In this document: positions 63,177 to 64,000 of the stretch, piece after piece
Position numbering within the stretch: the first letter of the stretch is position 1
How the letters are laid out: each line of letters begins with the position of its first letter
NCBI RefSeq assembly: GCF_963921235.1
Contig: NC_086108.1
Coordinates: 75,394,001 to 75,458,000 of the forward strand
DNA length: 64,000 nucleotides
Direction: 5' to 3'
Source: Mobula hypostoma
Taxonomy: Eukaryota
Notes under the pieces: model-generated
Seen by the model: only the letters and a program-made list of their open reading frames with translations
Database searches by the model: none
What the model was told of the DNA's origin: nothing
Program-made: the position numbers and the translations under genes

Positions 63177-63745
63177 GACCATAAGATACAGGAGCAGAAT
63201 TAGGCCTTTTGGCCCATCGAATCTGCTCCGTCATTCCATCGTGACTGAATTATTATCCTATTCTCCTGCCTTCTCTCTGTAACCTTTCTTACCCTGACTA
63301 CTCAAGAACCTAACAACTTCTGCCTTGAATACACCCAATGACCTGGCCACAACAGCTATTTATGGCAATGAATTCCACAGATTTACCACTCTCTGGCTAA
63401 AGAAATTCCTCCCCATCTCCATTCTAATTGGATGTTTCTCTATTCTGATTTTGTGCCCTCTGGTCCTAGACACTGCCCCCCCACCCCAACATCCTCTCAA
63501 CATCCACTCTATCTATGCTTTTCAACATTTGATAGGTTTCAATGAGATCCACCCTCATTCTTCTAAATTCCAGCGAATACAGGCCCAGAGCCATCATGTG
63601 ACAAGCATTTCATTCCCAGAATAATTTTCATGAACTTCCTGTGAACGCTCTCCAACATCAGCACATCCTTTCTTAGATAAGGGGCTCAAAACTACTCACA
63701 ATTCTCCAAGTGAAACCTCAGCAGTGCCTTACAAAACATTGCATC
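63177..63745 (-). mobile_element. CR1 3' fragment
   Basis: Minus strand FEPLI*ERMC..LESVHRKFMKI..VVNLWNSL; CR1 tail. Confidence 0.8.
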
Positions 63746-64000
63746 ATTGTTTTTGTGTTTACCTTGGTGGCTCCCACTCTCCATAGTCTCCGTTATTTGC
63801 TGAAGTTCTATTGGTCAGCTGTACTAATTGTTCTTATATTTACTTTTTTTCAATATTTATGTTTTAACAGGTTATCTTACATGTGTATATGAAAAATAAA
63901 GTATTTCAAAGCTCTGAACAGGATACTTTATTTATAAAGTATATAATATTCTTCCAACCAGCAATGAAAAAGCACTTAATATTGTTACTTTGAATATTTA

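Overview
Vertebrate non-coding DNA dominated by nested transposable elements. The repeat mix (CR1, Rex1/Babar, HE1-like V-SINEs, Neptune-type Penelope-like elements) suggests a cartilaginous fish, probably a ray; this is inference. No host protein-coding gene, rRNA or tRNA can be supported. Contents: a decayed Gypsy LTR retrotransposon (1-6400), solo LTRs, a full-length decayed hAT/Charlie transposon with a Rex1 LINE inside it, many CR1 and Rex1 LINE copies, Nimb, L1, L2 and RTE remnants, Tc1 and hAT derivatives, and older Gypsy fossils. The most notable signal is a set of Penelope-like element (PLE) ends carrying minimal type-I hammerhead ribozyme motifs; at least two have a complete core and stem I. 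Several occur as short fold-back or truncated insertions with 12-16 bp TSDs, whose breakpoints fall at the 5' edge of the ribozyme. Also notable: a clear twin-primed L1 inversion, and a CR1 whose RT core is replaced by a CR1 ORF1 esterase segment. All calls are by eye, and boundaries without TSD support are approximate.
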